Positions 1 to 14,128 of a stretch of 64,000 nt of DNA are shown one piece after another. The position numbers were made by a program, and so were the translations under genes. Below the pieces are notes generated by a model. It saw nothing but the letters and a program-made list of their open reading frames with translations. It did no database searches and was not told the DNA's origin. The stretch lies in NCBI RefSeq assembly GCF_009914755.1, contig NC_060938.1. One strand, given 5' to 3'. How positions within the stretch are numbered: the first letter of the stretch is position 1; every line of letters begins with the position of its first letter. This stretch comes from the human T2T-CHM13v2.0 reference genome, Homo sapiens.

Positions 1-1844
1 GTCTTCTGCTTAAGATCAAACATTTCAAGTGAGGAACTAGGTGTGAGTCATCTTGTGTTTCTTCGGTGTTTAATACAGAATCTTGAACTTGGAAATGCTT
101 AATAAATTTTTCAATTAGATTTATTACTCAGTAATCTTTGGTTATCCTGAAAAAACAAGAGTTCTTCGGAAAGTTACCAGTTTATCCATTTTTGCATCAC
201 ATTTGTTATTTATGTCATCATTAAAGTTAATCACAGAGAAAAAAATCAATTTTAAAATGCTCAATTCAATCTGTCTGCTCGTGATTCAAATAACTGAATC
301 ATACTGGTTAAGGTCAAATGATTAAGCTAATTGGATTGGATGACCACCTCTTAATTGAGCAATCCCTTTCTCACCAACAACCTTCAAATAGCTGATGCAA
401 TCAATTATGTGAAGGTACAGATAATTGCTACATAAAGTGACTGCAAAATTAGACAAACTATATTTTGGGACTTGCATAGATATGGTTCTAGATTTACTCA
501 CTATTTTCTATTGTTTAAGGAGGACTTGGGGAATGGCATAGGCATAGAAAAGAAGGGTGTATTGACAGAGAAACTTTGCCCTGGTCCTAAATGTCTGCTA
601 GCCTGGTGCTGGAATGAGTATGTAAGAGGTTTCTGAAATAAAAGAAAAAAAATCTGTCTGCATTGATTGCAAGGTAAACCTACAAATCAGAGGGAATGCC
701 CCCAGGGGGCAGCTTTGATCTGCTCTCTGCTCTATGATGGGGTGGGGATGGTGTGGGTTATGCTCCTGAGTCTGCACTTGCTGCAGCTTTGCTCTCTAAA
801 TCTAGTCTTTTCACTTACATTGTTCTGGTGACAAGTAAATGAGCCACCTTATTAACTGCAAGAGTTACACTAAGAGAAAGACTGACTTATTAGTTAATAG
901 GATGGAGAACAATGGTATGTGTCAGTTACCATCACCCAAATCATTCAAGTTTTATTGAACCACTGATGACTCCCAACACCACTTTGGTTGCTTTAAATTA
1001 AGCAAGGAAAAAAAAAAAAAACCCTTAGAAATGTGAAGTCACATTGTCATCTTCCAAAGTGTCAGCACATAATATTCTGCGTGACAAACTCTCAATTTTT
1101 TATCCAATGAATGGATAAACTGCAAATATTTTTATTTGTTTGGGGGATGCATCATACCTTTTCTATTAAAAGTTTTTCTACTTAAGTATGATAGGCTTAG
1201 ATTGGTAATAAAATAAATTCAAATTCTCTGAGCTCATCTGCCATCTGAACATGTGTTAGGTAACAGGGAAACCAGCCTGGGATTAACACAGTGTGGCAAT
1301 CCCATATTAAGGCATAGACAGTTGATTGTGTTCTTTTCATTCAAGTATGCCATGGTTAGCTAAGTTTTTAAATGTGTTTTATTACTATTTCTGTACAATT
1401 TTCATCAAGGTAACATTCTCTAGTGGGGAAAATTGTAGCTGCTCCTTTAATTGACATCTTGAAACATAATTTTACATTCCTGGCTAAAACAGACAAGGGT
1501 AACGTATTCCATTTCACTTATTTCCTTTGGATTTATTGGCTCTCTTCTGCCCTCAGGGATCTATATGAAATCTAGGCAACTGTAGTTACAAGGCTTTGGG
1601 GAGAAATCAGCAGTTGCAATGGTGATAATCACACAGTAAATAAAAGCAGAATTTGCCTTTTATGTAAATTTTGATTTGTTGTATGTGAATAAAGGTTTGA
1701 AGTAAGAGCCAGGAAATCAGTTTCAAAGGTGACAGCAGCTGCTGGGACTTTTATTGTTCTAGGGGTTAATTCCATGTCTTTTGTACCAAAGTGGGACTAC
1801 ATTTAATTGAGAAAACACTATAAAATATTCTTTTATTGGAGGTC

Positions 1845-2015
1845 CTCAGATTTAGAAGCTGGGATAGATCTTGAAGATTTTCTAACTCAACTCCTTATTT
1901 TCAAATGAGCTTAAAATGACACTGAAAATAGTTTCTCAAAGTTACATGTATTAGAGAATATCAGGACTGCACTGGATGTCTTGACTCCAAGTCCAGTTTC
2001 ATTTTCTCCAGACTA
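1845..2015 (-). mobile_element. MIR/MIR3 SINE fragment
   Basis: Degenerate MIR core (ccttattttcaaatgag...aaagttaca...tcttgactccaagtccagt); boundaries approximate. Confidence 0.55.
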
Positions 2016-2176
2016 TGTTAAGAGATCCTGCTATATTTCTCCTCAAAAAGAAATATATAAGGTCCAAGTCTAAAGGTAAGTTGCCCTTGAATAAGCAGAC
2101 ATTAGGTCAGAGGACCAATCCAGCAGTTCTATTCCCACCCCGCTTTCACTCCTGTGATAGTATCTGAGCGCACTGA

Positions 2177-2518
<342 letters not shown>

Positions 2519-3029
2519 AATAGGTCCTTGTTCCTATGAAGCTTCCCTTTAGGAAACACTGTCTTGAGGGAGAAGATGGGGATTCTAGGGGTACCACCTT
2601 TCCCCAGATTATGTGGAAATGCTGCCGGACTTTCAGATCTTGAAGTCCTATACCTGCCCTTCCCTTGGCCATACCTTCTGCTTTGCAATCTTCTGTGCCT
2701 AGGGCATTAGCATTAAAAAAAAAAAAAAATCACTTCTAAGAGTTGTAGAGATAGAATCTGGAAGGTTTGCAAACCTTCTCCTTCTGGACTGCTTATTCTG
2801 CCAACTTCCCTTAACTCTTTTGGCTGGTGTAGCCATTTGACTTTTCTGCTGGGCAGGTAGTAGTAATTTGGGGGGCCCATAATTAGATTCCAGCAGCTCA
2901 ATTCCCTGGTTCATTTACCCTGAGCCACCTTCAAATTGAATTGGTATTTTCTCAACGCCAACCCAAGCAGGAGTGGAACCTGGGGAATTACACAGAAATA
3001 ACAGCCTTCTTCTCCCCTTCCCCTGTTTC

Positions 3030-3330
3030 TGACTCATTCGCCTGCCCTTTTGTGCCTCTCTTCCATTATGCCTTCGCAACCACATGCTCTGCGCCTTCTG
3101 CTTAAGCTGTCTGAGCTCGTTTCCTCCAAGAACCATCGTGATATACAACACGTACAGACCCAGGGCCAGATGAATGGTTTTCCATTAGAAGTACACTGTG
3201 CCATCTGGGGCACCTGGGAAGATAATGCCACAAAGACGCCCCCATCTTTCAAACGCTCAGAAGGGAAGATTTGTACCGCTCTGCCTCGCTCGCCTCTACT
3301 GCTGCAGTATAACGTGCTGCTCCTCGGTTC
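3030..3330. promoter_or_regulatory. CpG-enriched unique segment with AP-1 site and candidate CTCF/E-box site
   Basis: 13 CpGs in ~290 bp in an otherwise CpG-depleted window; TGACTCA at 3030-3036; minus-strand GTGCCCCAGATGGCAC at 3198-3213. Confidence 0.4.
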
Positions 3331-5886
3331 TGAAACCTGCATTTTCTCTCTTATTCTCTGCAGTGTCTCAGTGTGCTGTGTAGCTTGGGGTGGGCAGTCT
3401 TAAAATGGGATTCTGTATGCACCAAAAGGTAAAACACAATGACAATGCAAACTGTCTACACAGATAAAAGGATTTCCCTCAATTAAAGCAATCAGGTGAA
3501 ATATTTGCCTATAAAAAGGTCTTAAAGAACAAGAAGGCTATTTAAAAAGAGCAGGGTCCTCCACTGGGCCACAAAATTAGTGTTTTCTTATTTCAGCACA
3601 TTAGTTATTTCTTCTGTGATGGAAAGTGATTGGTAGGGAGAAATCTTGGTTGCTACATAAGCTTTCTTAACCAATTTCTTTTGTGTGTGTGCCTGTGTGC
3701 ACCTCTATTTCTTTTGAAACCTGTTAAGACAATGCGGTTTCCTTAAAAAAAAAAAACCTTGATTAGTATTCTGCATAAGGTGCAGCCTTCATTGCAGTAG
3801 ATACACAAAATCTATCTTCACTTTCACCACCTGTCACCTGAGAATTTTAGAATGATCTAGCTTTGAGATTGCAGGAAGCAGCCTTTCTGATTCTCATCTT
3901 TACTTGCCACCTGCCCCACCCCCTCCTTTTTGTCATTGGCACTGCATCTACAGTGAACTCCGGTCCAGTTTTATTCCTTTGTCAAATGCTTTTATTCACG
4001 GGAAACTGAAGGAACATGTTTACTAGGGATAGAAATAGAAACACAATAAAAACCAGTTTGATAGATGATCTAGCCTATTCTCCACACATCCCTGTTGTTT
4101 TATTGATTTACAGAACACAAAGACTAATCCAAATTTACATTGCTTGTATTTCCCCTGATCTCAAAGGAGTTGTTCCCCTTTGCTCAGATGAACCAAGCCA
4201 ATTTTTTCTTTGTATCCAGTAGCCTCTGTGACAGTCAAATAGCCTGTCAACTAATCAATTTATGCTGCAAAAACTAATTTTTACTTTAAACAAACACCCT
4301 AACATTGTGTTGACACAATTAAATGATTTCTGCGTTACACCATATATCTAACACACACCCTAGGGAGCAGGTAAGAGCTACAGCTGAAATCACACACACG
4401 TGCTCCTGCATCAAATTAAATATTTTCCCCTTAATCCTACCACCAGCAGCTGTTAGGTACTGTGGCTTATTGCATATGGCCTACATAATGAGACCGATCC
4501 AGGCGGTTCCGGCTTCTCCACCGAATGCTGAGTAGCTCTCTTCTCCCCAAGGACACTAAGAGTTACTGCTATTGAAAGTTCTCATGCCAATGAAGAGCCT
4601 CAGCATACATGTTTGGAGATGAGGAAAGAAAGTATTTAAAGCTGGGGCTTCTACCTTGATTAAAATAAAAGGGATTGGCACTCTCCAGTGACTTGGAGCT
4701 GGCAAATTCCCCAGAGTTATGGCGAGATGGAGAGGGAGTAAAGGGAGGTATGGTGAGAAAGGAAATCTTTGCTCTCTTCAAAGCCTGTCAAAAAATTAGG
4801 TCAACATAATTTTATATTTTAACGAAATAACTTGAGGGTAAGCCTGAGACTTGGAGGCCACTAATACTTTTATGCTACAGTGGGTTGTCATGCTTGACGT
4901 AATGTCTGGCTCTGTCTAAGAAGCATGGAAGCTAATGTTCTCCATGGCTAATCGGCCTTTAGCTGCTCCTGTCCTTTTAAATTTTCAGTAGCTGGAGCAT
5001 CAATATGGATGTTCCTATCTCGAACAGTATAAACACAGTGCAGGCTGCACATCATCATTTCAATTGTCAAAACAGATGAAAGGATTTCTGATACTCCAAT
5101 TAAACTAACCTGGAAAAATCATTTTAAAATATGCTCCATAAAATAACCTGAATGTTAAAACACCAGAACCCTCCAACTGTTTCCTCTGGCTGCATCATTA
5201 GCATTCCCCCTCCCTCCTCAGTCCTTATCTGATTTGATTACTTTTAGAATGAATTCAGTTTAGGACATGAAAGCTGAGGAAGCTAAATTGGAAGAATAAT
5301 GGCTTGGCATTTTATGTCATTTGGTTGAAATTGCAGGTGTGGGAGTCAGTCCTCCTCCTCCAACTCGTGCTTGGCTATTTCCCCTTTAATTTTTCGAATT
5401 TGAAATGGATTGCTGGTTCCAAATTATACCACACTTAAGGGACTTGCAAAGAATGCTTGTGATTTAGGATCCTACATTATTGCCTTGATGAAAAATTATG
5501 CAGACACACTCACGGTCCTACAAGAAAACTACTTCTTGTAAAACAAGAGTATTTGACAAACACCAGGAAGCTGAAGATGACAAAACACATTCTAAGCTCC
5601 TTTTGTTATTAATCAAGAAAGGGTATTGTGTTAATGACTGCCCAAGATGCTGAATGGGAGTCAGTACAAGAGGGTATGTAATAGAGGATGATGATGGCCA
5701 GAAAGAGTAATCTGTTGTCCGGATGACTGTGATGAAACCCTCTCATTTCTAGCCACATGGATTAAGAGATAGTTTCTAAATACCAGGATTGTAATTACTT
5801 TCAATTACCCGAAGTAACTTGCATTATAACCAACAGTATTTTAAAATAGAAGGGGCATCTTTAATGAATGGGTAATACTCATCTTG

Positions 5887-6273
<387 letters not shown>

Positions 6274-6459
6274 TAGCTCATCTATTTTAATATTAATTTG
6301 TACCTGTAAGATTGATACACTAGAAAATGTTATATTTTGATAGTTCAGAAGCAAATTTGACGTTGAAATTGTACAAGTTACAAATTAGTCACTTAACCCT
6401 GCATAGTCTCTTCAAGCAGCCATGTTCACCCTGCCCCACATCATGTGTGTTAAACATAT

Positions 6460-8275
<1,816 letters not shown>

Positions 8276-9037
8276 TCTCTCTAAGTTTGTAGTTACATAA
8301 GAATAAAAAAATTATAAATAAGCATGCAATAGAATGGATATTATTATAGGCAGATGGTAGCCGTTGAGCACACAATACTGTTGAGAAGGGAATTCCATTA
8401 AATCAAAGAAAACAGTGATACATAAGTAAGAAAAATAACTTGAGTTATGTCATAAAATTTATGAAAAACTGAACAAGTTGATAAGATTTTGTGAGGTAAC
8501 AGTATAAATAAGGATGAGACTACTGAGTCCTTATGTTCTTAGTACCATAAATGTGAGATCAGACAAGAACTCAGTTGGAGATTGACCAAAGGATACAGCT
8601 GAGTCCAAAGTGCAAATGCATCACTCTTGATTACTGGTATACGACAAGGTATACCAGTCGCATACACATTATGACATCATAATGTGAAGGAAAATGCAAA
8701 TGAAATAAATAATAGTTATAGTTGGCATCATACATGGTTTAGATATTCTACCTTATAAAAGTCTGGAGATAATATGGGAAGGAATTATGCAACTGACAAA
8801 AAATGAGATTATGTGAACTAGTTTAAGGAATACATACAAGGGTTAACTGAGGTTGTATGCTTAAGAATCTCTGAGTGGTGTAAGTGTCTTGTATTTTCCA
8901 CTGACTTTTGTGATATAGAATATAAATTAACCAACTGAGAGTTTTGAATCCATCATAATTCATGGAATACCAATGAAATTATTACAAAGAGGAAAACTCT
9001 AGAGGGAACAAGGTGGATAATTAAAAAACAGATGCCA

Positions 9038-9270
9038 TTAATTGAGCTTTTACTATGTTCCAGGCTGTAGGCCAGAAGCATTACACAGATGGTTTTATCC
9101 AGTTCTTCTAACAATTGCATGAGACATGTATTGCTATTGTTCACCTTTAAAAAAAATGAGGACACTGGGGCAAGGAATGTAATTTACCTATCACAGTCCA
9201 CCTACAAGGTGGTAGGGACAGATAAGAACCTGAGTCTGCTTCCAGAATATATGCCTTTAATCACTAGGTA
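9038..9270 (-). mobile_element. MIR SINE
   Basis: attgagcttttactatgttccagg...aatgaggacactggggc...tgcctttaatcactagg. Confidence 0.75.
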
Positions 9271-9893
9271 ATAGTACCTTTACAGCTACTGTGGACTTCC
9301 TCATCAGGATAAGAAATTAATACTATAGTCCTGACATTTAATTTTAAAAATTGGCAGAGATAAAAGATATACTTGTTGGGGACTTTAATTACTGGAATGT
9401 CCTTTACTGGATATCTCCATAGAGTAAAAGCACAACAAATTATGAGACATACTTAATTGCTGACAAATATCATCTCCCATAAAATGATGTGGAAAAAACT
9501 TCTTTTCTGAATCTAAATTGGTTGATTGAATGGAAGTTACAGAAATCTTGGGAGAAGTAAACCAGTTCAACTTAGAGTTTATAATCTCAAGACAGAAAGC
9601 TAGATATAGAAAATTATATACACTAGATTCTTTCAAGAGAGGTTTCAAAACATTCAGAGAAAATATTAGAATGGATTCATAAGTTCTCAAATGAACACTG
9701 AATCAACAAAATAAAACATTTTAAAAAACTTAAATTAATTTGACTATAATGTTTATATTTTTAAGGAGGGTCAAGAGAACTATCTTAAAAAGTCACCATC
9801 TAATTAGTTCTGATTTTAAAAGGAACAAAGAATCTTAAAGACTAAAAGGTGGCAAAGACACAAGTAGTCAGAACAAAGGAGATAAAGTTTCAA

Positions 9894-10186
9894 GGCTGGG
9901 CGAGGTGGCGCATGCCTGTAATCCCAGCACTTTAAGAGGCCGAGGTGGGCGGATCATGAGGTCCAAGAGATGGAGACAATCCTGGCCAACATGGTCTCTA
10001 CTAAAAATACAAAAATTAGCTGGGCATTGTGGTGCGCGCCTGTAGTCCCAGGTAATCTGGAGGGTGAGGCAGGAGAATAGCTTGAACCCCAGGGGAGGCG
10101 GAGGTTGCAGTGAGCAGAGATCGCGCCCACTGCACTCCAGCCTGGCGACGGAGCGAAAAATGTCTCAAAAAAAAAAAAAAAAAAAA
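9894..10186 (+). mobile_element. AluSc-like SINE
   Basis: Sense Alu ggctgggcg...tgtctc followed by A20; Sc-like features (aagagatggagacaatcctggccaacatgg, cctggcgac). Confidence 0.92.
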
Positions 10187-10409
10187 GATTAAAATAAGCA
10201 GAGATTTACAAAACTTTGAAGGAAAAATTGAAGCACAACATGGAAGGCTGGGTTTACCTCAGGGTACCAAGGCAGAAAATTAATGATTAAATGAAAGGAT
10301 TCCCACTTATTTTGTTAGTTTTGCTTTCTCTGACAAGGAGAATTATCTCTGAAAAAGAGCAATTGGGAACCCCAAGGAAGTAAAGAAATTATATTTTATA
10401 TTTGGATAC

Positions 10410-10590
10410 TTAATAAAAATGCCAGACATTGTACTGTATGCTATGCTTTTCTGTTTAGTTATTCTGTTTAAACTCTCATGTACATGTACAAGGCCTAAAA
10501 GTTAAAAATTATTACGCCCTCATTTCACAAATGAGGAAATGGAGGCTTAAGTAACTTGCCCAATATCTCAGAGCAAGTGAAAATTTAAGT
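10410..10590 (-). mobile_element. MIR SINE fragment
   Basis: catttcacaaatgaggaaatggaggcttaagtaacttgcccaa core. Confidence 0.7.
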
Positions 10591-10927
10591 TAATTAATCA
10601 ATAACATCAACACTGGTGCATAAAAAATGCATAAAAGTGTTGTATCTACAAAGGTGTTCAAAGTGAATTCAAGCTAGCAATTTTATACGTAATCATTGAT
10701 AATGGAAAAAGTGTCAGAGACCTGAAGATGAGGAAGTATACTTTTCAAGTTTTAAAAAATAAAGAAGAGAAGAGAAAAATACATAAAAAATTCACAGAAT
10801 TTGTCTTTAGTCTTATGCAAGTTTAAAAAATTTATAGTTGTGAAGATGTTAGGTACAGAGTTAAAGGATCATCAAGACCAGCATAAATTCACTACGGAAA
10901 GTTATGTCAGATAAACCAATTTCTCTT

Positions 10928-11279
10928 TGTATTAGTCTGTTTTCACACTGCTGATGAAGACATACTGAGACTGGGCAATTTACAAGAGAAAGAGGTTTAA
11001 TTGGACTTACAGTTCCAGGTGACTGGGGTGGCCTCACAATCATAGCAGAAGACAAGGAGGAGCAAGTCATATCTTACATGGGTGGCGGCAGGCATCCAGC
11101 TTGTGCAGGAAAACTCCCCCTTATAATAACCATCAGATCTCTGGAGACTTATTCACTATCATGAGAACAGCATGAGAAAGACCTGTGCCCATGATTCAAT
11201 TACCTCACACCAGGCCCCTCCCACAACATGTGGGAATTCAAGATAAGATTTGGGCGGGGACATGGCCAAACAATATACA
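10928..11279 (-). mobile_element. THE1 (THE1C-like) MaLR solo LTR
   Basis: tgtattagtctgttttcacactgctg...ccaaacaatataca, reverse complement of THE1 LTR. Confidence 0.9.
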
Positions 11280-11789
11280 CTTTCAGACTTATTAGGCTGT
11301 AATATTGGATAACTGATTATAAGTAACATATTCTTCAGTAGCAGAACAATGGGTTAGGTCTTCCACACTATTCCTTGGTGCAATAAAGAAAAAATGGAGA
11401 AAATACTAGCACAATTAAAAGTATCATAAATGTATTGGTAACATATCAAAGGGATACTGGTTAGCCAATCTATTTCAGCCCTGAAGAACCATTTATTATG
11501 CACTTGTCATGTCTTCTATTCTAAATTTGTGATTGGGTGAAACTATGAAAGCTGAAAGATATAAAATGAATATTTTGGATGACTGAGTCAAGATCTAAAA
11601 TAATAACATTTACCATTTAATGAGGGCCTACAGTTTATGAGGCAGTGTTCCAGGGGCTGGAGATTGATTGGAGATAATGTACAAATCTTCAGATTTCTCC
11701 ACATTTCAGGATAATTTGACAGAAGGTAGTGGTAAGTAAGTTCTTTGTCTTGAGACTCTGTACCTTCCAAGGTTTCACCATCTATGCTT

Positions 11790-12175
11790 TCCCCTCCTAT
11801 CCCACTTGTCTCTCTCTCTCTCTCGTGGTATCCATCACTGTTCCTTTCCAATATTGGAGGGCTCAAGTATACTCTTCTCTATTCTCACTCTCAAGGAAAC
11901 TTACCAATTCTCATGACTTCATATATATATATATATATATATGTCTTTGAGTTTCCAGATTTATATTTCCAGCCTAGACTATTTTTCCTCCTGTATTCCT
12001 GGCCTGTATTTTCTACTTCCTACTTGATATTACCATTTAATTGTTTAACAGGCATTCTAACTTAATACATGTAAAACAGAATTTTTAATGCCAAGTCTCC
12101 ACTTATTATCAAATTTCTCCTCCTGTAGTATTTCCTAATTCACTAAGTGGCACTTCTGTTCTTCCAATTGTCTCT
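11790..12175 (+). mobile_element. L2 LINE fragment with internal (AT)n
   Basis: ttccagatttatatttccagcctagac...acaggcattctaacttaatacatgtaaaacagaa resembles L2 3' region; (AT)n at 11921-11942. Confidence 0.7.
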
Positions 12176-12398
12176 CAAAAGATAACTCCTAAATAATTGA
12201 CATTTTGTCTCCTATTAACAAAGCAAAGTGAGAGTAGTGAGAGTAGTTTTTCAGCATCACACAACCAGTAATAAGCAGCATCAGGATCAAATCTGGGCTG
12301 GTTTGATGCCCACCAGATGTTTCTAGTCCCAAATTAGGTTATATTTAAACTCTGTGCTTCTATTGGCAAAATAAATTATATATATATAAAAAATTATA

Positions 12399-12563
12399 TG
12401 GATCTACCATTCTGGTGTCTGGAGGACAGTGGCCCTCTTTTCACAGTTCCACTAGGTAGTGCCTTAGTGGGGACTTTGTGTGAGGGTTCCAACCCCATAT
12501 TTCCTTTCCACACTGCCCTAGCAGAGGTTGTCCATGAGGGCTCTTCCTCTGCAGCAAAGTTCT
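12399..12563 (-). repeat. 165-bp copy of THE1D internal sequence 14998-15162 inserted in an (AT)n tract
   Basis: Ungapped match with 5 mismatches in 165 bp; flanked on both sides by ttatatatatataaa-like tracts. Confidence 0.93.
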
Positions 12564-14128
12564 TTATATATATATATAAAGAAAGTGTGATTTTGCAGTA
12601 GCAACCCTTGGTAGAGTGGTTTAATCTCAATGTCCTTCTGTGGGAGGTCGCTGCTGACATGAGATACTCTAATTCTGGGCTGTGTTGGTTGAAAAGTAGT
12701 CCCTAGTTCTATGGAGTTTTCAGTATACTATGCTCTATACTTATAAAAACAAACTTCCAATATTCTATTTTATTCTGGAGACAACATATTTAGAAAGAGA
12801 TGACAAGAGTCATTCAATGAGAAGGTGCCAGGATGATTAGGAAGTTAAAGTCACAACTAAAGAAGTCTTAAAGGAACTGGGGAATATTTGGCCTGAAGAG
12901 AAGATGGCCTGGGTGACACAATTTTTATCTCTGTATTTCAATTTTATTCAATAAACACTTAATGAAACCCTACTATGTGTCGGTTGAACACTGTAATAAG
13001 TACCAACATACAAAGATTGAAAAGCACGGTCCTTGCCTTTCATTATCATAGAATAGGTATGGAAGTTACAGAGGGAATAGAAAGAGTTGTCCTTTAGATT
13101 GAGCCAAAATCTAATGGAATTACTCAAGGATGAAATGAGCTAGCCTTTTGCCACAGCTAAAGATATTTAAGCACATGCTAGAAGTCTACCTGGTACAGGA
13201 AGAAGGCTACGGAGTTAAATTAACCATCATATATGTGACTGAACTGCATGACCTTTAAGCACTTCCAACCTTGAGATGCTATGATTCTTTTATCTGTGCT
13301 ATCCCTGTACCATAAATAATTGAGAGATACTGCAACAAACTGCATGCACATGGCACATGTAAATCATCCACTTGCTTAGGTAAGACTTGTCCTTCCTATT
13401 TTAATCTCACATCACTTAGTGTGTCTTTCTTCTGTCTTAGAAAAAATTACAGAAAGCATAAGCCAAAACAGGAACACCTATCAGAGCTGTGAATAGGGGT
13501 GGGGTCAAACTTATGAATGTCTGTATGTGTTTATTTTTTGCTTCATTTTTGGTACCCTGATTGCATCAAATAGATCCACATAAAACTATATAGATAAAGG
13601 ATAAACATAATGTGTTTGGAAAACATCTTATTTTTGAGAATAGGCCATGTGACAGTAAGTTAAGGACTAGTATAATTTTAGCTTTTAATGCTATGCCCCT
13701 GAAAAATCACTTTGCTCAAATTAAACCCAACAGTGCTCATTTTCTGATCATGGCCATTTTTCGTGTTCTCATCATTTTGGCAGAGGGTGAGTCTATTTCT
13801 CTTATAAATTTTACAAGCAAAGACATTTCTGTAAGTTGATTTGATCAGGTGGGAAAAAAGCATAACAGAAGAAGGGCTTTGGAAAGAGTGTGGCAGGATT
13901 TGATCAGTTTCCATGGTTTCTGAAGAACAAAGAAATGCTCAGATTTGAAGTTTTGAGAAAAATGGTAAAGGCAAGAAGAGAAGGGCAGGAAACTGATTAA
14001 GTCAAAGTACATCTTGAACTCTTCTGAATATGATTATTCCCATATTCCATAGTAATTTCAGATCCTAGTATGCTTTATTTCACAAGGCATTTTGAAATGG
14101 ATGTATTACTTTTGAAATGGTCACTAAA

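Larger units (their letters stand above)
8550..13290 (+). mobile_element. Fragmented ancient L3/CR1 LINE spanning endonuclease, RT and 3' end
   Basis: Collinear decayed CR1 ORF2 motifs: VGDFN 9375-9389, YTLD 9617-9628, QHKFT..CQIN from 10879 (cf. QHGF..KSC.TNL), LKELG 12868-12882; CR1-type 3' end ttccaaccttgagatgctatgattc ~13264-13287. Confidence 0.7.
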
